DNA of 64,000 bases from Candidatus Latescibacterota bacterium (GTDB taxonomy: Bacteria > Latescibacterota > UBA2968 > UBA8231): assembly GCA_965217585.1 (NCBI GenBank), contig OZ244561.1, forward strand, positions 2,208,001 to 2,272,000, in the 5' to 3' direction. The position numbers and the translations under genes are program-made. The notes under the pieces are model-generated. The model made no database searches. It was not told the origin of the DNA and saw only the letters and a list, made by a program, of their open reading frames with translations. Of this stretch, positions 1 through 9,959 are shown one piece after another (the first letter of the stretch is position 1; the number at the start of each line of letters is the position of its first letter).

Positions 1-5
1 GAAAT

Positions 6-1889
6 TTGGATTCTCACGAAGAATACACCTCGGCCTTGGAGGGGTTTACGAATTTCTACGACGACGATATCCCCTTTATCAGTCACATGCTGATCGGGCC
101 GACCCATCCCGATGCCCTCAAGCACTACCACTTCCGCTTGATCGGCCAACGCTATTTGGACGATCAGGTGGTATTCGACATTTCGGTTGAGCCAAAAAAC
201 AAATTGCAGGCCGCTTTTGTCGGCCGCGTCGCAGTATTGGACGAGGATTTCGCCTTGCTCGAAGTAGAGCTGGCACCCAGCCGGGCGACCACGACCTCGG
301 CCATTCCCCTGCCCCTGATCGAGCACATGGATTTCGCCTACCAACAACAGTTCCGCGGCTTTGCCGGAGGGGTGTGGCTGCCGGTCGATTACCGGGCCTC
401 TATGGAAATAAAAATCGGCATGGTGGGGCTGCACTTTCCCGCGATTAAATACAATGTGGTGACGCGGCTGAGCGATTATCAAGTCAATGTCGATACGCCC
501 GATTCGCTCTACGCCAGCGAGGAGGTTCTGCGGGTCGATTCGCTGGCCGTGGCCCAGGACAGTTCCTTTGCCCGGCTGGCCGACAAAGTGCCCCTGTCAG
601 CGCGGGAACAAGCCGCTTATGCCACCATCGACAGCACCATGCAATTCGAACAGGCCTTCCGGCCTACGGGGTTTCTCGCCCGTTTTTTGGTGGAGGAGGA
701 AGCGGTGCAGGTAAAGGAAGAGACGGAGCAGGTCAAGGAAGAGACGGAGGAGCAGGCGGGGTCGTCGCGCTGGTTGGGACAGATCGGACTGAAGCCTGTC
801 TTGCGATACGACCGGGTAGGTGGGGCGCATCTGGGGCTGGGGGGAAAACGGGGTCTGTTCGGCGGACTGGAGGCCGGCGGTAGTACCGGATACAACGTTG
901 GTTTGAAGCGCTGGTCCTACCGGGGCCGGGTCGGCTGGCAGCGGACAGCGGGCAGAGTGGCTTTGGAGTATGAGAGAGGGCCGATGCCACGCACTCCTTC
1001 GGACAGCTATCCCCTTTTGCTCAACAGCGGTCAGTTCCTGCTAGGCTTGGACGACTATTTCGATTATTACTGGAACGAAAGGCTGCGAGCGCGGCTTCAT
1101 CTTTCCCTGCCGGGTCAGGTCGGCTTGGCAATGGGCTTTAACCACGAGGCGCATTCTTCTCTACGGGAAACGACCGCTTTCAGTCTGTTGAATCGGGACT
1201 GGAGGCCGCGGCTCAATCCGGCTATTGAGGAAGGTCGGCTGCGCTCGGTGGAGGTGGGCTTCGAATGGGGCGGGCCGTACCAGCCTTTTGGAATGACGGC
1301 CAATCGGAGAGTCGAAATGGGAGTGGAGCATAGCAACACCGGGCTGGGCAGCGACTTTTCCTTCACTCGCCTGCATTTGGCCTTGGACGGCCATTTCAAG
1401 ACCTTCCTCAAGCGCCGCTTCACGCCCAACGCGCTCGATGTACGGCTGGTGGCGGGATACTCAATCGGCGATGTGCCAGTGCAGCGCTTTGGGTCTTTGG
1501 AGGCCAGCATGGGCTTTTTCTCGCCGTTTGGCGCTTTCCGCACGGTGCGCGGCCATCCCTATGAGGGGGAGCACTATGCGGCCCTGTACTGGGAGCACAA
1601 CTTTAAGACCACGCCCTTTGAGCTATTGGGGCTGTGGGATTGGGCCATGCGGGGCGCGGGGCTGGTGGTGCATGGGGCTTCGGGGCGGACCTGGATTGAC
1701 CCGGAGCGGCGAGCCAACCTAGGATACGACCCGCGCTACGAGGAGAGTTTCCGCCATGAGGTGGGGGTCTCGCTTATGCTGTACCATCTGCTGCGCCTCG
1801 ATTTTACTCGGCGCTTGGATCGGCCCGGCTGGAGCGCGGGGTTGAGCTTGGTGCGCTTTGATTTTGGGGGTACTGTTACTGTAAAGTAA
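6..1889 (+). CDS. DUF5686-type outer-membrane protein, 5' end truncated by the window edge
   Basis: Open frame from the window start. HYHFRLIG...ISVEPK...AFVGRVAV, WLPVDY and RYDRVGG motifs and beta-strand-rich C-terminus resemble DUF5686 proteins. Confidence 0.65.
   Translation: MDSHEEYTSALEGFTNFYDDDIPFISHMLIGPTHPDALKHYHFRLIGQRYLDDQVVFDISVEPKNKLQAAFVGRVAVLDEDFALLEVELAPSRATTTSAIPLPLIEHMDFAYQQQFRGFAGGVWLPVDYRASMEIKIGMVGLHFPAIKYNVVTRLSDYQVNVDTPDSLYASEEVLRVDSLAVAQDSSFARLADKVPLSAREQAAYATIDSTMQFEQAFRPTGFLARFLVEEEAVQVKEETEQVKEETEEQAGSSRWLGQIGLKPVLRYDRVGGAHLGLGGKRGLFGGLEAGGSTGYNVGLKRWSYRGRVGWQRTAGRVALEYERGPMPRTPSDSYPLLLNSGQFLLGLDDYFDYYWNERLRARLHLSLPGQVGLAMGFNHEAHSSLRETTAFSLLNRDWRPRLNPAIEEGRLRSVEVGFEWGGPYQPFGMTANRRVEMGVEHSNTGLGSDFSFTRLHLALDGHFKTFLKRRFTPNALDVRLVAGYSIGDVPVQRFGSLEASMGFFSPFGAFRTVRGHPYEGEHYAALYWEHNFKTTPFELLGLWDWAMRGAGLVVHGASGRTWIDPERRANLGYDPRYEESFRHEVGVSLMLYHLLRLDFTRRLDRPGWSAGLSLVRFDFGGTVTVK
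708..749 (+). repeat. 21-bp in-frame tandem duplication (QVKEETE x2)
   Basis: caggtaaaggaagagacggag followed by caggtcaaggaagagacggag. Confidence 0.9.
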
Positions 1890-2130
1890 GGAGGATGTAA
1901 TCCGTTGCCGTTGACGGACAAAATGTTGCTGCTGACGATGTTTCGGACGAATTTCATCAGACGCTCGGGCTCGACTTGGATGCGTGCGGCTGGCCGAGGC
2001 CCTGCACTCATCGTCGTGACCGAGCGCTCGGACGAACACGACAGGAACCTTTGAACCGAAGAAGAACCACCGATTCATATCCCAACGCCGCTTTAGAACA
2101 AGCACACATAGTCAAAGGAAAACTTCTGAG

Positions 2131-2752
2131 ATGACCACGAGACGCAACTTCCTCGGCACGGCCGCTTTAGTTGGCACCGCCACGGCAACCTCAACCGCTG
2201 GAAGACTTGCAGGGCAAGCGCGTCTTCACCTTCCCGACAGCAGGCCGCTTCCTCGCCCAATTCGGCGTGGTGCCGGTGACCCTGCCGTGGGAAGACATTG
2301 AAGCCGCTGTGCAGACGGGCAAGCTCGACGGCATCGCTTGGTCTGGGATTACAGAGGACTACACCGTCGGCTGGGCGGACGTGACCAACTACTTCCTCAC
2401 CAACAGTATTTCGGGCGCGTGGGCCGGTTCATTTTTCGCCAACATGGATCGCTGGAACGAACTGCCGGAACATCTGCAGACTATGCTGAAGCTGACCTTT
2501 GACAGCTCGCACTATTACCGCCAGTGGTGGTATTGGGGCGGCGAGGCCAGCCTGCGCGTGAACGGCACGAAGATGAAGCTGACTTCCATTCCGGACCAAG
2601 AGTGGGCGCAAGTCGAGGCCGCGGCGGTTAAATTCTGGGATGAAATCGCCGCCGAGTCCGAGGTCAAAGCCCAGGTCGTCGAGGTCTTCCGCCAGTACAA
2701 TGCCGACATGCAGCAGGCCGGGCGTCCCTACCGCTATGTGTACCACGAATGA
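2131..2752 (+). pseudogene. dctP: TRAP transporter substrate-binding protein (DctP family), internally deleted and frameshifted
   Basis: ATG at 2131 gives a Tat signal MTTRRNFLGTAALVG. It joins out of frame to the DctP C-terminal half (LEDLQGKRVFTFPTAG...LPWEDIEAAVQTGKLDG...RPYRY). The N-terminal lobe is missing. Confidence 0.75.
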
Positions 2753-2766
2753 GGAAGGAATCAACC

Positions 2767-3927
2767 ATGCGTTATCTCATGTTAGCAGTTTTTCTGTTTG
2801 CGCCGTTGGCGTATGCCGCGCCACTCGAAGAAGCCCCTGAGGGCAATTACGATTTGGTGGCCGTCGAAGTCGTCCATATACCCGAGGAAGTAGTGGTCTG
2901 GGATAAAGTTGTGTTCGTCCGACATATGACCAACCGAGGCACTGACGCCATTCCCCCCCGCACCTATCGAGTCGATTTGTACGTTGACGACGAGCGCGTC
3001 AGCTACGATTACGGCACGGCAGGTTTGCCGCCGGGCAGACCTAGTACCTACTCAATGTCCGAAGGCTACTATCACTTCATGACGACTGAACCGGGGACGT
3101 ACACATACCGCTGGGTCTTGGACGAGGAAGACAATCTGCCCGAGACGGACGAGACCAATAATGTCATTGAGGGGACCATCGTCGTGTCCGAGCGCTCGGC
3201 TGAGCACGACAGGCTCCAAGCGGCCCTGCTAGATCAGCTCGAACTCATAGGCAAAAATATGGTGGACGGGCACTATCCCCCCGAACTCGAACTTGGCCCG
3301 GATTCAACCCACAAAGAGTTACAGTGGTTCACAGATTTGTTTGACGACTTCGAGGTTATAGTGTACTCGGGGGACTATTATCGTAACTACCTAACGCCCC
3401 GAGAGTCCGCTCCTCCGGGGGGAAAGGCCACTCACCGCTTGGATCTCAGAAATACGAGTGCGAGCGAATGGCCAGAGTTGTTCGTCCAGTATTTCGACGG
3501 GCAGGAATGGGCAAAACAGGCCACCAGCGAATTCGACAGGGATAATCAGGTTACAACATTAACCTTCAGGGTGGCTCACGACGAGCAAACAGGTACTTTC
3601 CGTCTGCTGGAATCGAGCAGGGTGAGTTATCTTTCCCCGGATGAGGAGGGTTGGCTTGGCGTATTGTTGATCGAGGGCGAGGGTGGTGTGGTCGTCCACC
3701 AAGTAGAGGACGGCAGTCCCGCGCAAGAGGCTGGCTTTGAAGAAGGCGACATTTTGCTCACCCTAGCAGGGAAACCCATAATTTCCCGATCCCAACTAAA
3801 CTTCCTACTGAGGCGTATGAAACCCGGTACTGAAGTTGCGTTCGGACTCGTGCGCAATGGTGCCCAAATAGAGAAGACGGTACAGTTGGGGACTCGACCC
3901 AGGCCCCGCCGACTAGGCCGCGAATGA
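2767..3927 (+). CDS. Secreted protein with CARDB-like Ig domain and C-terminal PDZ domain
   Basis: Signal peptide MRYLMLAVFLFAPLAYA; LDEEDNLPETDETNN CARDB motif; GWLGV...VEDGSPAQEAGFEEGDILL PDZ motif. Confidence 0.75.
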   Translation: MRYLMLAVFLFAPLAYAAPLEEAPEGNYDLVAVEVVHIPEEVVVWDKVVFVRHMTNRGTDAIPPRTYRVDLYVDDERVSYDYGTAGLPPGRPSTYSMSEGYYHFMTTEPGTYTYRWVLDEEDNLPETDETNNVIEGTIVVSERSAEHDRLQAALLDQLELIGKNMVDGHYPPELELGPDSTHKELQWFTDLFDDFEVIVYSGDYYRNYLTPRESAPPGGKATHRLDLRNTSASEWPELFVQYFDGQEWAKQATSEFDRDNQVTTLTFRVAHDEQTGTFRLLESSRVSYLSPDEEGWLGVLLIEGEGGVVVHQVEDGSPAQEAGFEEGDILLTLAGKPIISRSQLNFLLRRMKPGTEVAFGLVRNGAQIEKTVQLGTRPRPRRLGRE

Positions 3928-3937
3928 GGACTAGGCG

Positions 3938-5308
3938 ATGATCCTGGTAGTGGATGACGATATCTCCGTGACCACGTCGCTGTCCCTGCTGCTCAAGCAG
4001 GCCGGCTACCAGACCGCGATGGCCGCGTCTCCAGCGGAGGCCCTCGAATGGCTGGAGCGCGGCGGATGCGAACTGGTCTTGCAGGACATGAACTTCTCGC
4101 GCCAGACCAGCGGCGAGGAAGGCATGGAATTGTTGCGGGAGATCAAGCAGCGATGGGCTAGTGTGCCGGTCATTTTGATGACGGCTTGGGGGTCCATTGA
4201 ACTGGCCGTGCAGGGCATCAAGGCCGGTGCTGCGGATTTTGTCACCAAGCCCTGGACCAACAAACAGATCCTCCAGGCCGTGAAAACGGCGCTGGGCTTG
4301 GCCGCGGCAACGCCAGCCACCGAGCGCACCATCACGCGCGAGGAACTGGACCGCCAGGGCGATTTCACCAACATCATCGGCACGGATCCCCAACTGCTCA
4401 AAGTGCTCGAAGTCGTCAGTCGCGTCGCGCCCACCGACGCCTCGGTGCTGATCACCGGCGAGAGCGGCACCGGCAAAGACGAAGTCGCCCAAGCTCTCTT
4501 CCGCAACAGCAATCGGCGCGATCAGCCCTTTGTCAAAGTCAATCTCGGCGGCATTTCCTCGACCCTGTTCGACAGCGAGATGTTCGGGCACGTGAAGGGA
4601 GCCTTCACCGACGCGCGGCAGGATCGCACCGGCCGCTTTGCGTTGTCCGATGGCGGCACCATCTTCCTCGACGAAATCGGCGATCTTGCCCCGAGTTGCC
4701 AAGTCAAGCTCCTGCGCGTTTTGCAGGACCGGACCTATGAAGTGCTGGGGTCGAGCAAGACCCGTTCAGTGGATGTGCGGGTGATTTCGGCGACCAACCA
4801 GAACCTGCTAGAATTGGTCGAGTCGGGGGCCTTCCGCGAGGATCTACTCTATCGCCTCAACCTCATCGTCCTGCACCTGCCACCCCTGCGCCAACGGCCG
4901 GAGGACATCCCGCTGCTAGCGCGCCACTTTGCGCTGGGCGTGGCCCAAGCCTACCGCCGCGACTTGGAGATCAACGCCGCGGCCCAGAGTTGGCTGCAAA
5001 CCCTGCCGTGGCCGGGCAACATCCGCCAGTTGAAGCAACTGGTCGAACGGACTGCCTTGATGAGTTCCAGCCGCGTCTTGGGGGCCGACGACTTCTCCGC
5101 GGCCCTATCGATGCAGCCCGAGGAAGGCCAGAGTGGAGCGAGCGATCTGCCAGCGCCGGGCTCCATGACCCTCGACGAGTTGGAACGGTCGATGATCGTC
5201 CAGTGCATGGAGCGCTACCAAGGCAATATCAGCCGAGTGGCCCAGGCTTTGGGCTTGAGTCGGGCGGCGCTGTACCGTCGCTTTGAGAAATACGGAATCG
5301 ACCCTTGA
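3938..5308 (+). CDS. Sigma-54-dependent NtrC-family response regulator (REC-AAA+-HTH)
   Basis: VVDDD receiver, GESGTGKD Walker A, GAFTDA loop, IFLDEIG Walker B, FREDLLYRLN, WPGNIRQL, C-terminal Fis-type HTH. Confidence 0.95.
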   Translation: MILVVDDDISVTTSLSLLLKQAGYQTAMAASPAEALEWLERGGCELVLQDMNFSRQTSGEEGMELLREIKQRWASVPVILMTAWGSIELAVQGIKAGAADFVTKPWTNKQILQAVKTALGLAAATPATERTITREELDRQGDFTNIIGTDPQLLKVLEVVSRVAPTDASVLITGESGTGKDEVAQALFRNSNRRDQPFVKVNLGGISSTLFDSEMFGHVKGAFTDARQDRTGRFALSDGGTIFLDEIGDLAPSCQVKLLRVLQDRTYEVLGSSKTRSVDVRVISATNQNLLELVESGAFREDLLYRLNLIVLHLPPLRQRPEDIPLLARHFALGVAQAYRRDLEINAAAQSWLQTLPWPGNIRQLKQLVERTALMSSSRVLGADDFSAALSMQPEEGQSGASDLPAPGSMTLDELERSMIVQCMERYQGNISRVAQALGLSRAALYRRFEKYGIDP

Positions 5309-6606
5309 GCCTGCGCTCCAAACTCATCCTCTATCTGATCGGTATCCACCTCGTATTCGCGGGGCTTGCTGGGTACCTATTGCGCGAGGAAAAGTTTTGG
5401 CTATTGGGGATTGAAGCATTCTTCATCCTGTCTTTTGCGATCGGCGTGCGCTTGATCCAGCATTTTTGGGTGCCGCTCGATCTGATCCGCACGGGTGCCG
5501 AACTCATCGGCGAGCGCGATTTCACCAGCAAGTTCGTCGAAGTGGGCCAGCCAGAAATGGATCAGCTTGTGCGCGTGTACAACCGCATGATCGACCAATT
5601 GCGCGAAGAGCGCACGCGGCTGCAGGAACAGCACTACTTCATGGACAAGATCCTGACGGCCTCGCCGTCGGGCATTATCACCCTCGACTTTGACGACAAG
5701 GTCTCTCTGGTCAATCCCAGTGCTAGCCGCCTGTTGGGGCTGGCCGAAGGGGCGGCGCTCGGCCGGCCATTGGCCGAGTTGGGAACGGCATTTGCCCGCT
5801 CCCTGCACGCGTTGGCCGTCGGCGAGTCGCAGGTGTTGCCGCTGCAAGGGCAGCAGGTGCGCTGCCACAAGGCGCAGTTTTTGGACCGGGGATTCCCGCG
5901 CAGCTTTATCCTCATGGAGGAATTGACCGAGGAATTGCGCCTGTCGGAGAAGGCGGCCTACGAGAAGGTCATCCGCCTGTTGGCACACGAGGTGAACAAT
6001 TCAACGGGGGCGGTCAATTCCCTGCTGCACTCCTGCCTCAACTACAAGGGACAATTGCGGGAGGCCGACCGCGGCGATTTTGAGAACGCCCTGCAAGTGG
6101 CCATCGACCGCATCGACCATCTCAGCGCCTTCATGCACAGCTTTGCCGAGGTGGTCAAGCTGCCGGCACCGCACTTGCAGCCCGTGGACCTAGAAGCCCT
6201 GTTGCGCGACATCGCCCTGCTAATGCGCGCCGAGTGCGAGCGCCGCAACATCGAGTGGGACTGGGATATGCAGGCGGACCTGAAACGCATCGCCATGGAC
6301 GAAAACCAGATGGAGCAGGCGTTTGTCAATATCCTGAAAAATGCGCTGGAGGCCATTGGCGAAAACGGCAGGATAACCATTCGTCTGGGAAAGCTCCAAG
6401 ACCGGCCTTTTGCCGTGGTCGAGGATACGGGCACGGGGATCGACCCGGAAGTGGCCGAGAGCCTGTTTACGCCGTTTTTCAGCACCAAGGAAAATCGGCG
6501 CGGCCTCGGCCTGACTCTGGTGCAGGAGATTTTGAGCCGGCACGGTTTTGCCTTTTCCCTCGAAAGCCCTCCAGACGAGCCGACCCGTTTTACCATCCGC
6601 TTTTGA
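5305..6606 (+). CDS. Membrane sensor histidine kinase (HAMP-PAS-HisKA-HATPase)
   Basis: Two N-terminal TM segments, LAHEVNN H-box, NILKNALEA N-box, DTGTGI G1 box, LFTPFFSTK F-box. Overlaps the regulator stop. Confidence 0.92.
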   Translation: MSLRSKLILYLIGIHLVFAGLAGYLLREEKFWLLGIEAFFILSFAIGVRLIQHFWVPLDLIRTGAELIGERDFTSKFVEVGQPEMDQLVRVYNRMIDQLREERTRLQEQHYFMDKILTASPSGIITLDFDDKVSLVNPSASRLLGLAEGAALGRPLAELGTAFARSLHALAVGESQVLPLQGQQVRCHKAQFLDRGFPRSFILMEELTEELRLSEKAAYEKVIRLLAHEVNNSTGAVNSLLHSCLNYKGQLREADRGDFENALQVAIDRIDHLSAFMHSFAEVVKLPAPHLQPVDLEALLRDIALLMRAECERRNIEWDWDMQADLKRIAMDENQMEQAFVNILKNALEAIGENGRITIRLGKLQDRPFAVVEDTGTGIDPEVAESLFTPFFSTKENRRGLGLTLVQEILSRHGFAFSLESPPDEPTRFTIRF

Positions 6607-6627
6607 AATAGGCGTTGCCAAGCCAAG

Positions 6628-8685
6628 TTAATAGGCCGCACCTGAGCGCTGTAGTTGATCTGCCCGGGCACGAGCTAGGCGGGCCTGTTCCGTTTGCCCC
6701 ATTTTCTCGTAGAGGACACCTAAATTGCGATGGGCTGTGATCGATTGGGCATCGTATTTGATGACCTGGAGTAGGGACCTTTCCGCTGCCTCGTAGGAGC
6801 CCTGCTGCATATAGAGTACGCCCAAGTTCCGATGGGCAGGGACAAAGTCGGGCTCGATCCGGATGGCTTGTTCGAGGGCGTGGATTTGTTCATCTGCCAG
6901 ATCCAGATTGGAAAAGGCGTGGGAGAGACCGTAATAGGTCTGGGCACTCTCTCTGCTGTGCAGCGCCCGTTCAAAGGCCTGGCGAGATTGTTGAAAGTCT
7001 TTTTGGAACAAGAAGACATAGCCCAGGTTGTGGTACGCCGGGTGGGCATTGGCTGGCCGGGGATCGTGTTTTAGGCTTTGCTCCAAGGCGTGCCGCGCTT
7101 GCTCCAAACGTCGTTGACTCAGGTAGAGTTTGCCCAAATTGAGCCAGGGTTTGGCGTGATCTGGGACTAGCTCTACTGCTCGCAAGAAGGCCGCTTCGGC
7201 TTCGTCAAATTTGCCCAGGTACTGGTAGGCCACGCCCAAGCTGTTGTAGAGGTCGGAGTCGTCGGGAAATTGCTCTAGCCCGTGCGTATAGGTCTGTACG
7301 GCTTGGTGGTAGTGCTGGTTGCGCAATTGAGTATGGCCCAACAGCCAAGGGGAGCGCAAATGGTCCACTTGCCGGGCATCCACCCCCGTATGCACTAGGG
7401 CGAAGGCAGCTACCAGAAGCAGCAGAAAAACGCCCAGGCGTGGAGCGGCTCGGGCGTCCAGCAGTTCTTTCAGACGCCAGATTCCAGCAGCGGCGAAGAC
7501 CAGTAAAAAGGGCAGGGCGGGCAAGCGGTAGCGAGCGCATACCGAGAATAAGAGCCCGGTGGATAGGTAGGCTACAACGAAGAGGAGCGGCAGGATATAG
7601 GCGGAGGTCCAGCGCCAATGCCACAATATGCCGACTAGGGCAAAGGGCACCACTAGGCCAAAGTTGAGCAAAAAAAGTCGGTAGTGTGGAAAGTGGGTCT
7701 CGTAGTAGCGCAGGTCCGCACTTACTGGGATTTCAAAAGCGTTCCAGAAGAGCCGAAATTTGCGATAGAGCAGATGGAGATAGGCCAGAGGATCGCGGTA
7801 AATAAATCGCAGGCCTTCGGCGGTGTAAAAGGCCCCTTTTGCCGCTGGCGTGTCAAATCCTTGTTGGAGAGGCATGAGTTCGAGACGTTGAAAATGGGCT
7901 CCTTGGCGCACGTAAGGGGTGCCGTCGGCTTCGGGGTTGGTGCCCAAATAGAAGCTGAAGCCGCCTTGGAAGGGTATGGGCGTCTCTTGGACCAGATAGT
8001 TGCGCAGGAAAAAGGGAAAAAGAATGAGGAAGAAGGTCAGGGAAAAGGTTAGCACCAAGGTACCCCGGTGCTTGGGAAGGCCACCGGCGCTCTGGTAGAT
8101 CCACCCCAAGAGCAAGGGCAACAGCAGCAGGGTGTTGCTGCGTCCCATGACTAGCAAGCCCAGCAGAATTCCGGCACCGCCTGCGCTACGGTAGGTCAGA
8201 TTGGGCGCATAGTGCAGGAGCAGGACCGCCAAGCCCAATTCGACGAGAATGACCAATGTAGTAGCCAAGAGTTGGCCGTTGTAAAAGACGAAGGGCCAGT
8301 ACCCGGCCGCCAGCAGACCGGCGATCAAGGGGATGGGATGGGGAAAAAGGTAGCTGGCTACGCGGTAGAGCAGGACGCAGATAAGCGCGCCCAGCACGGC
8401 CTGGAACAGGAGAATGCCCAAATGGTCGAAGCCGATTCCTTTGAGCAGGGCGAGTAGGTACGGGTAGAGGGGACCATGCACGTACATGTCCACTGCCGGG
8501 TCGAGGAGCCAGTTTCCCTGCAGGATTTGGGTGGCCAAGTGATCGTATTCAAAGGCGTCTATGACAAGAGTGTGGAAATAGGGGGCGTCGCGTATGGCAG
8601 CTAGGTAGGATAGACGCAATACCAAAGCCAGCAAGAAAATGGCTAGAACCTGAAATCTGGTGGAATGAATGATAATTTGGAGCAT
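6628..8685 (-). CDS. GT-C fold (GT39/ArnT/PMT-like) membrane glycosyltransferase with C-terminal TPRs
   Basis: Multiple TM helices, IDAFEYDHLA, HGPLYPYLLA, FYLGTNPEADG, ARYRLPALP motifs; TPR repeats such as YNSLGVAY, WLNLGKLY, HRNLGVLY. Confidence 0.85.
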   Translation of the reverse strand: MLQIIIHSTRFQVLAIFLLALVLRLSYLAAIRDAPYFHTLVIDAFEYDHLATQILQGNWLLDPAVDMYVHGPLYPYLLALLKGIGFDHLGILLFQAVLGALICVLLYRVASYLFPHPIPLIAGLLAAGYWPFVFYNGQLLATTLVILVELGLAVLLLHYAPNLTYRSAGGAGILLGLLVMGRSNTLLLLPLLLGWIYQSAGGLPKHRGTLVLTFSLTFFLILFPFFLRNYLVQETPIPFQGGFSFYLGTNPEADGTPYVRQGAHFQRLELMPLQQGFDTPAAKGAFYTAEGLRFIYRDPLAYLHLLYRKFRLFWNAFEIPVSADLRYYETHFPHYRLFLLNFGLVVPFALVGILWHWRWTSAYILPLLFVVAYLSTGLLFSVCARYRLPALPFLLVFAAAGIWRLKELLDARAAPRLGVFLLLLVAAFALVHTGVDARQVDHLRSPWLLGHTQLRNQHYHQAVQTYTHGLEQFPDDSDLYNSLGVAYQYLGKFDEAEAAFLRAVELVPDHAKPWLNLGKLYLSQRRLEQARHALEQSLKHDPRPANAHPAYHNLGYVFLFQKDFQQSRQAFERALHSRESAQTYYGLSHAFSNLDLADEQIHALEQAIRIEPDFVPAHRNLGVLYMQQGSYEAAERSLLQVIKYDAQSITAHRNLGVLYEKMGQTEQARLARARADQLQRSGAAY

Positions 8686-8739
8686 TACGCCAAGGGTGAA
8701 TCAATCTGGACAGTAGATAGCGGGGGTGAGTTGACATAT

Positions 8740-8786
8740 AAAAAAGCTCCTGTTTCCCACCCGTAAATGGCGCGAAACAGGAGCTT
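8740..8786 (-). terminator. Rho-independent terminator downstream of the 8840-9745 gene
   Basis: Perfect 13-bp inverted repeat aagctcctgtttc (8744-8756) / gaaacaggagctt (8774-8786), followed by a U-tract on the minus strand. Confidence 0.75.
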
Positions 8787-8839
8787 AGTAAAACCCGGGC
8801 AGCCTGCCCAGGAGACTTGCAACGGCTAAACCGAGACCC

Positions 8840-9745
8840 TTAGCGGTCGAAACCGGCCTTGATATGCCCCCAGCTGGTCTCTGCAATAGCAGTAACAGCA
8901 GCAGACAGGTCTTCTACTGCGGGCTCGACAGGTGCCATTACGAAGTCGTTAACGCCCTTACAGCAACTCTCTGGCGACAAAGACCAGAAGCCATTGTAGG
9001 CGTGGTTTGCCTGTTCGACGTCGATATCACCCATGGTTACCGACATATGGATGATTTCTTCCTCTTCCAGGTCGTGGATAGACGAGTTGTCCGGGGTAGC
9101 ACCTTCTCGGGGAAGGGCATCGATCGGAATGAGGCGAATCTCGTAAAAGTAAGTCGATTCACCGAATTGTTCACCGGTGAAAGACCAGCTCATGTCGACG
9201 AATTCGGTATCATCCGACAACCAAGCTAGATCGCCGATGGGCTCAATCGACTGATAAACCCCATCCGACGGGGGTACGACCCACTTGTAGCTGATGTTAT
9301 TGACGGGATTCCCTTCGAGGTTCTGCTCTTCACTGGCAGAATGATCTGGGTTGATTTCTATTTCCCAGTTGTCATCGAGACAGTGACAATCCCCAAAGGC
9401 ACGGTCGATGTTGTGGATATTGTCGAAAATTTGGCTGGCAAGGTAAATCATATTGGAATTTTCATTCCAGCCAAACCGGTGCCGGACATTGGCATCGGAG
9501 ATATCGATTTCACCACGGGCCGCCTGCTGGAACTGGGCGGGGTCAAAAAGTCGATCGTTAAAGATCGAATAAGGCGATTCGGGCAGGATGTCCCAATCGC
9601 TGTGTTCCCCGTCTATGGTGGGAACTAGGTTATCGGGAAATTGTGCAGCAAAAAATATCTCGCCTGGTGGCAAATGTGCACTTGCCATCGAAACGGTCCC
9701 AAAGACGAGAAAGACGCTGCATAATATAGCTATCTTTCTTTTCAT
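8840..9745 (-). CDS. Secreted acidic protein, CBM9/DOMON-like, with C-terminal SWGxIK tail
   Basis: Signal peptide ending SMASA; PTIDGEHSDW, GWNENSNMIY, DNWEIEINPD and YFYEIRL resemble CBM9-like sugar-binding domains; ends AVTAIAETSWGHIKAGFDR. Confidence 0.6.
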   Translation of the reverse strand: MKRKIAILCSVFLVFGTVSMASAHLPPGEIFFAAQFPDNLVPTIDGEHSDWDILPESPYSIFNDRLFDPAQFQQAARGEIDISDANVRHRFGWNENSNMIYLASQIFDNIHNIDRAFGDCHCLDDNWEIEINPDHSASEEQNLEGNPVNNISYKWVVPPSDGVYQSIEPIGDLAWLSDDTEFVDMSWSFTGEQFGESTYFYEIRLIPIDALPREGATPDNSSIHDLEEEEIIHMSVTMGDIDVEQANHAYNGFWSLSPESCCKGVNDFVMAPVEPAVEDLSAAVTAIAETSWGHIKAGFDR

Positions 9746-9959
9746 CTTCTCTCGAACCTTTCAGTTAGAGGTAGAACAATTCTTGATGAGACAGGGGAAT
9801 AGAAATCAACCCCTATCAAACTCCATTCAAGCCCGATCCTTGTCCTACATTCTCCTCCTTTCTACTTCAAAGGACCACTGGAAAAGTGCCATAATTAAAT
9901 ACTAAAGGGATAAAGTTGTCAAGATAATTGTGCAGTTCATAAGGTTGCGAAGATTAACT

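Noticed and set aside
1890-2130. Possible gene remnant or ncRNA between the first gene and dctP
   Set aside because: No recognisable motif or convincing structure.
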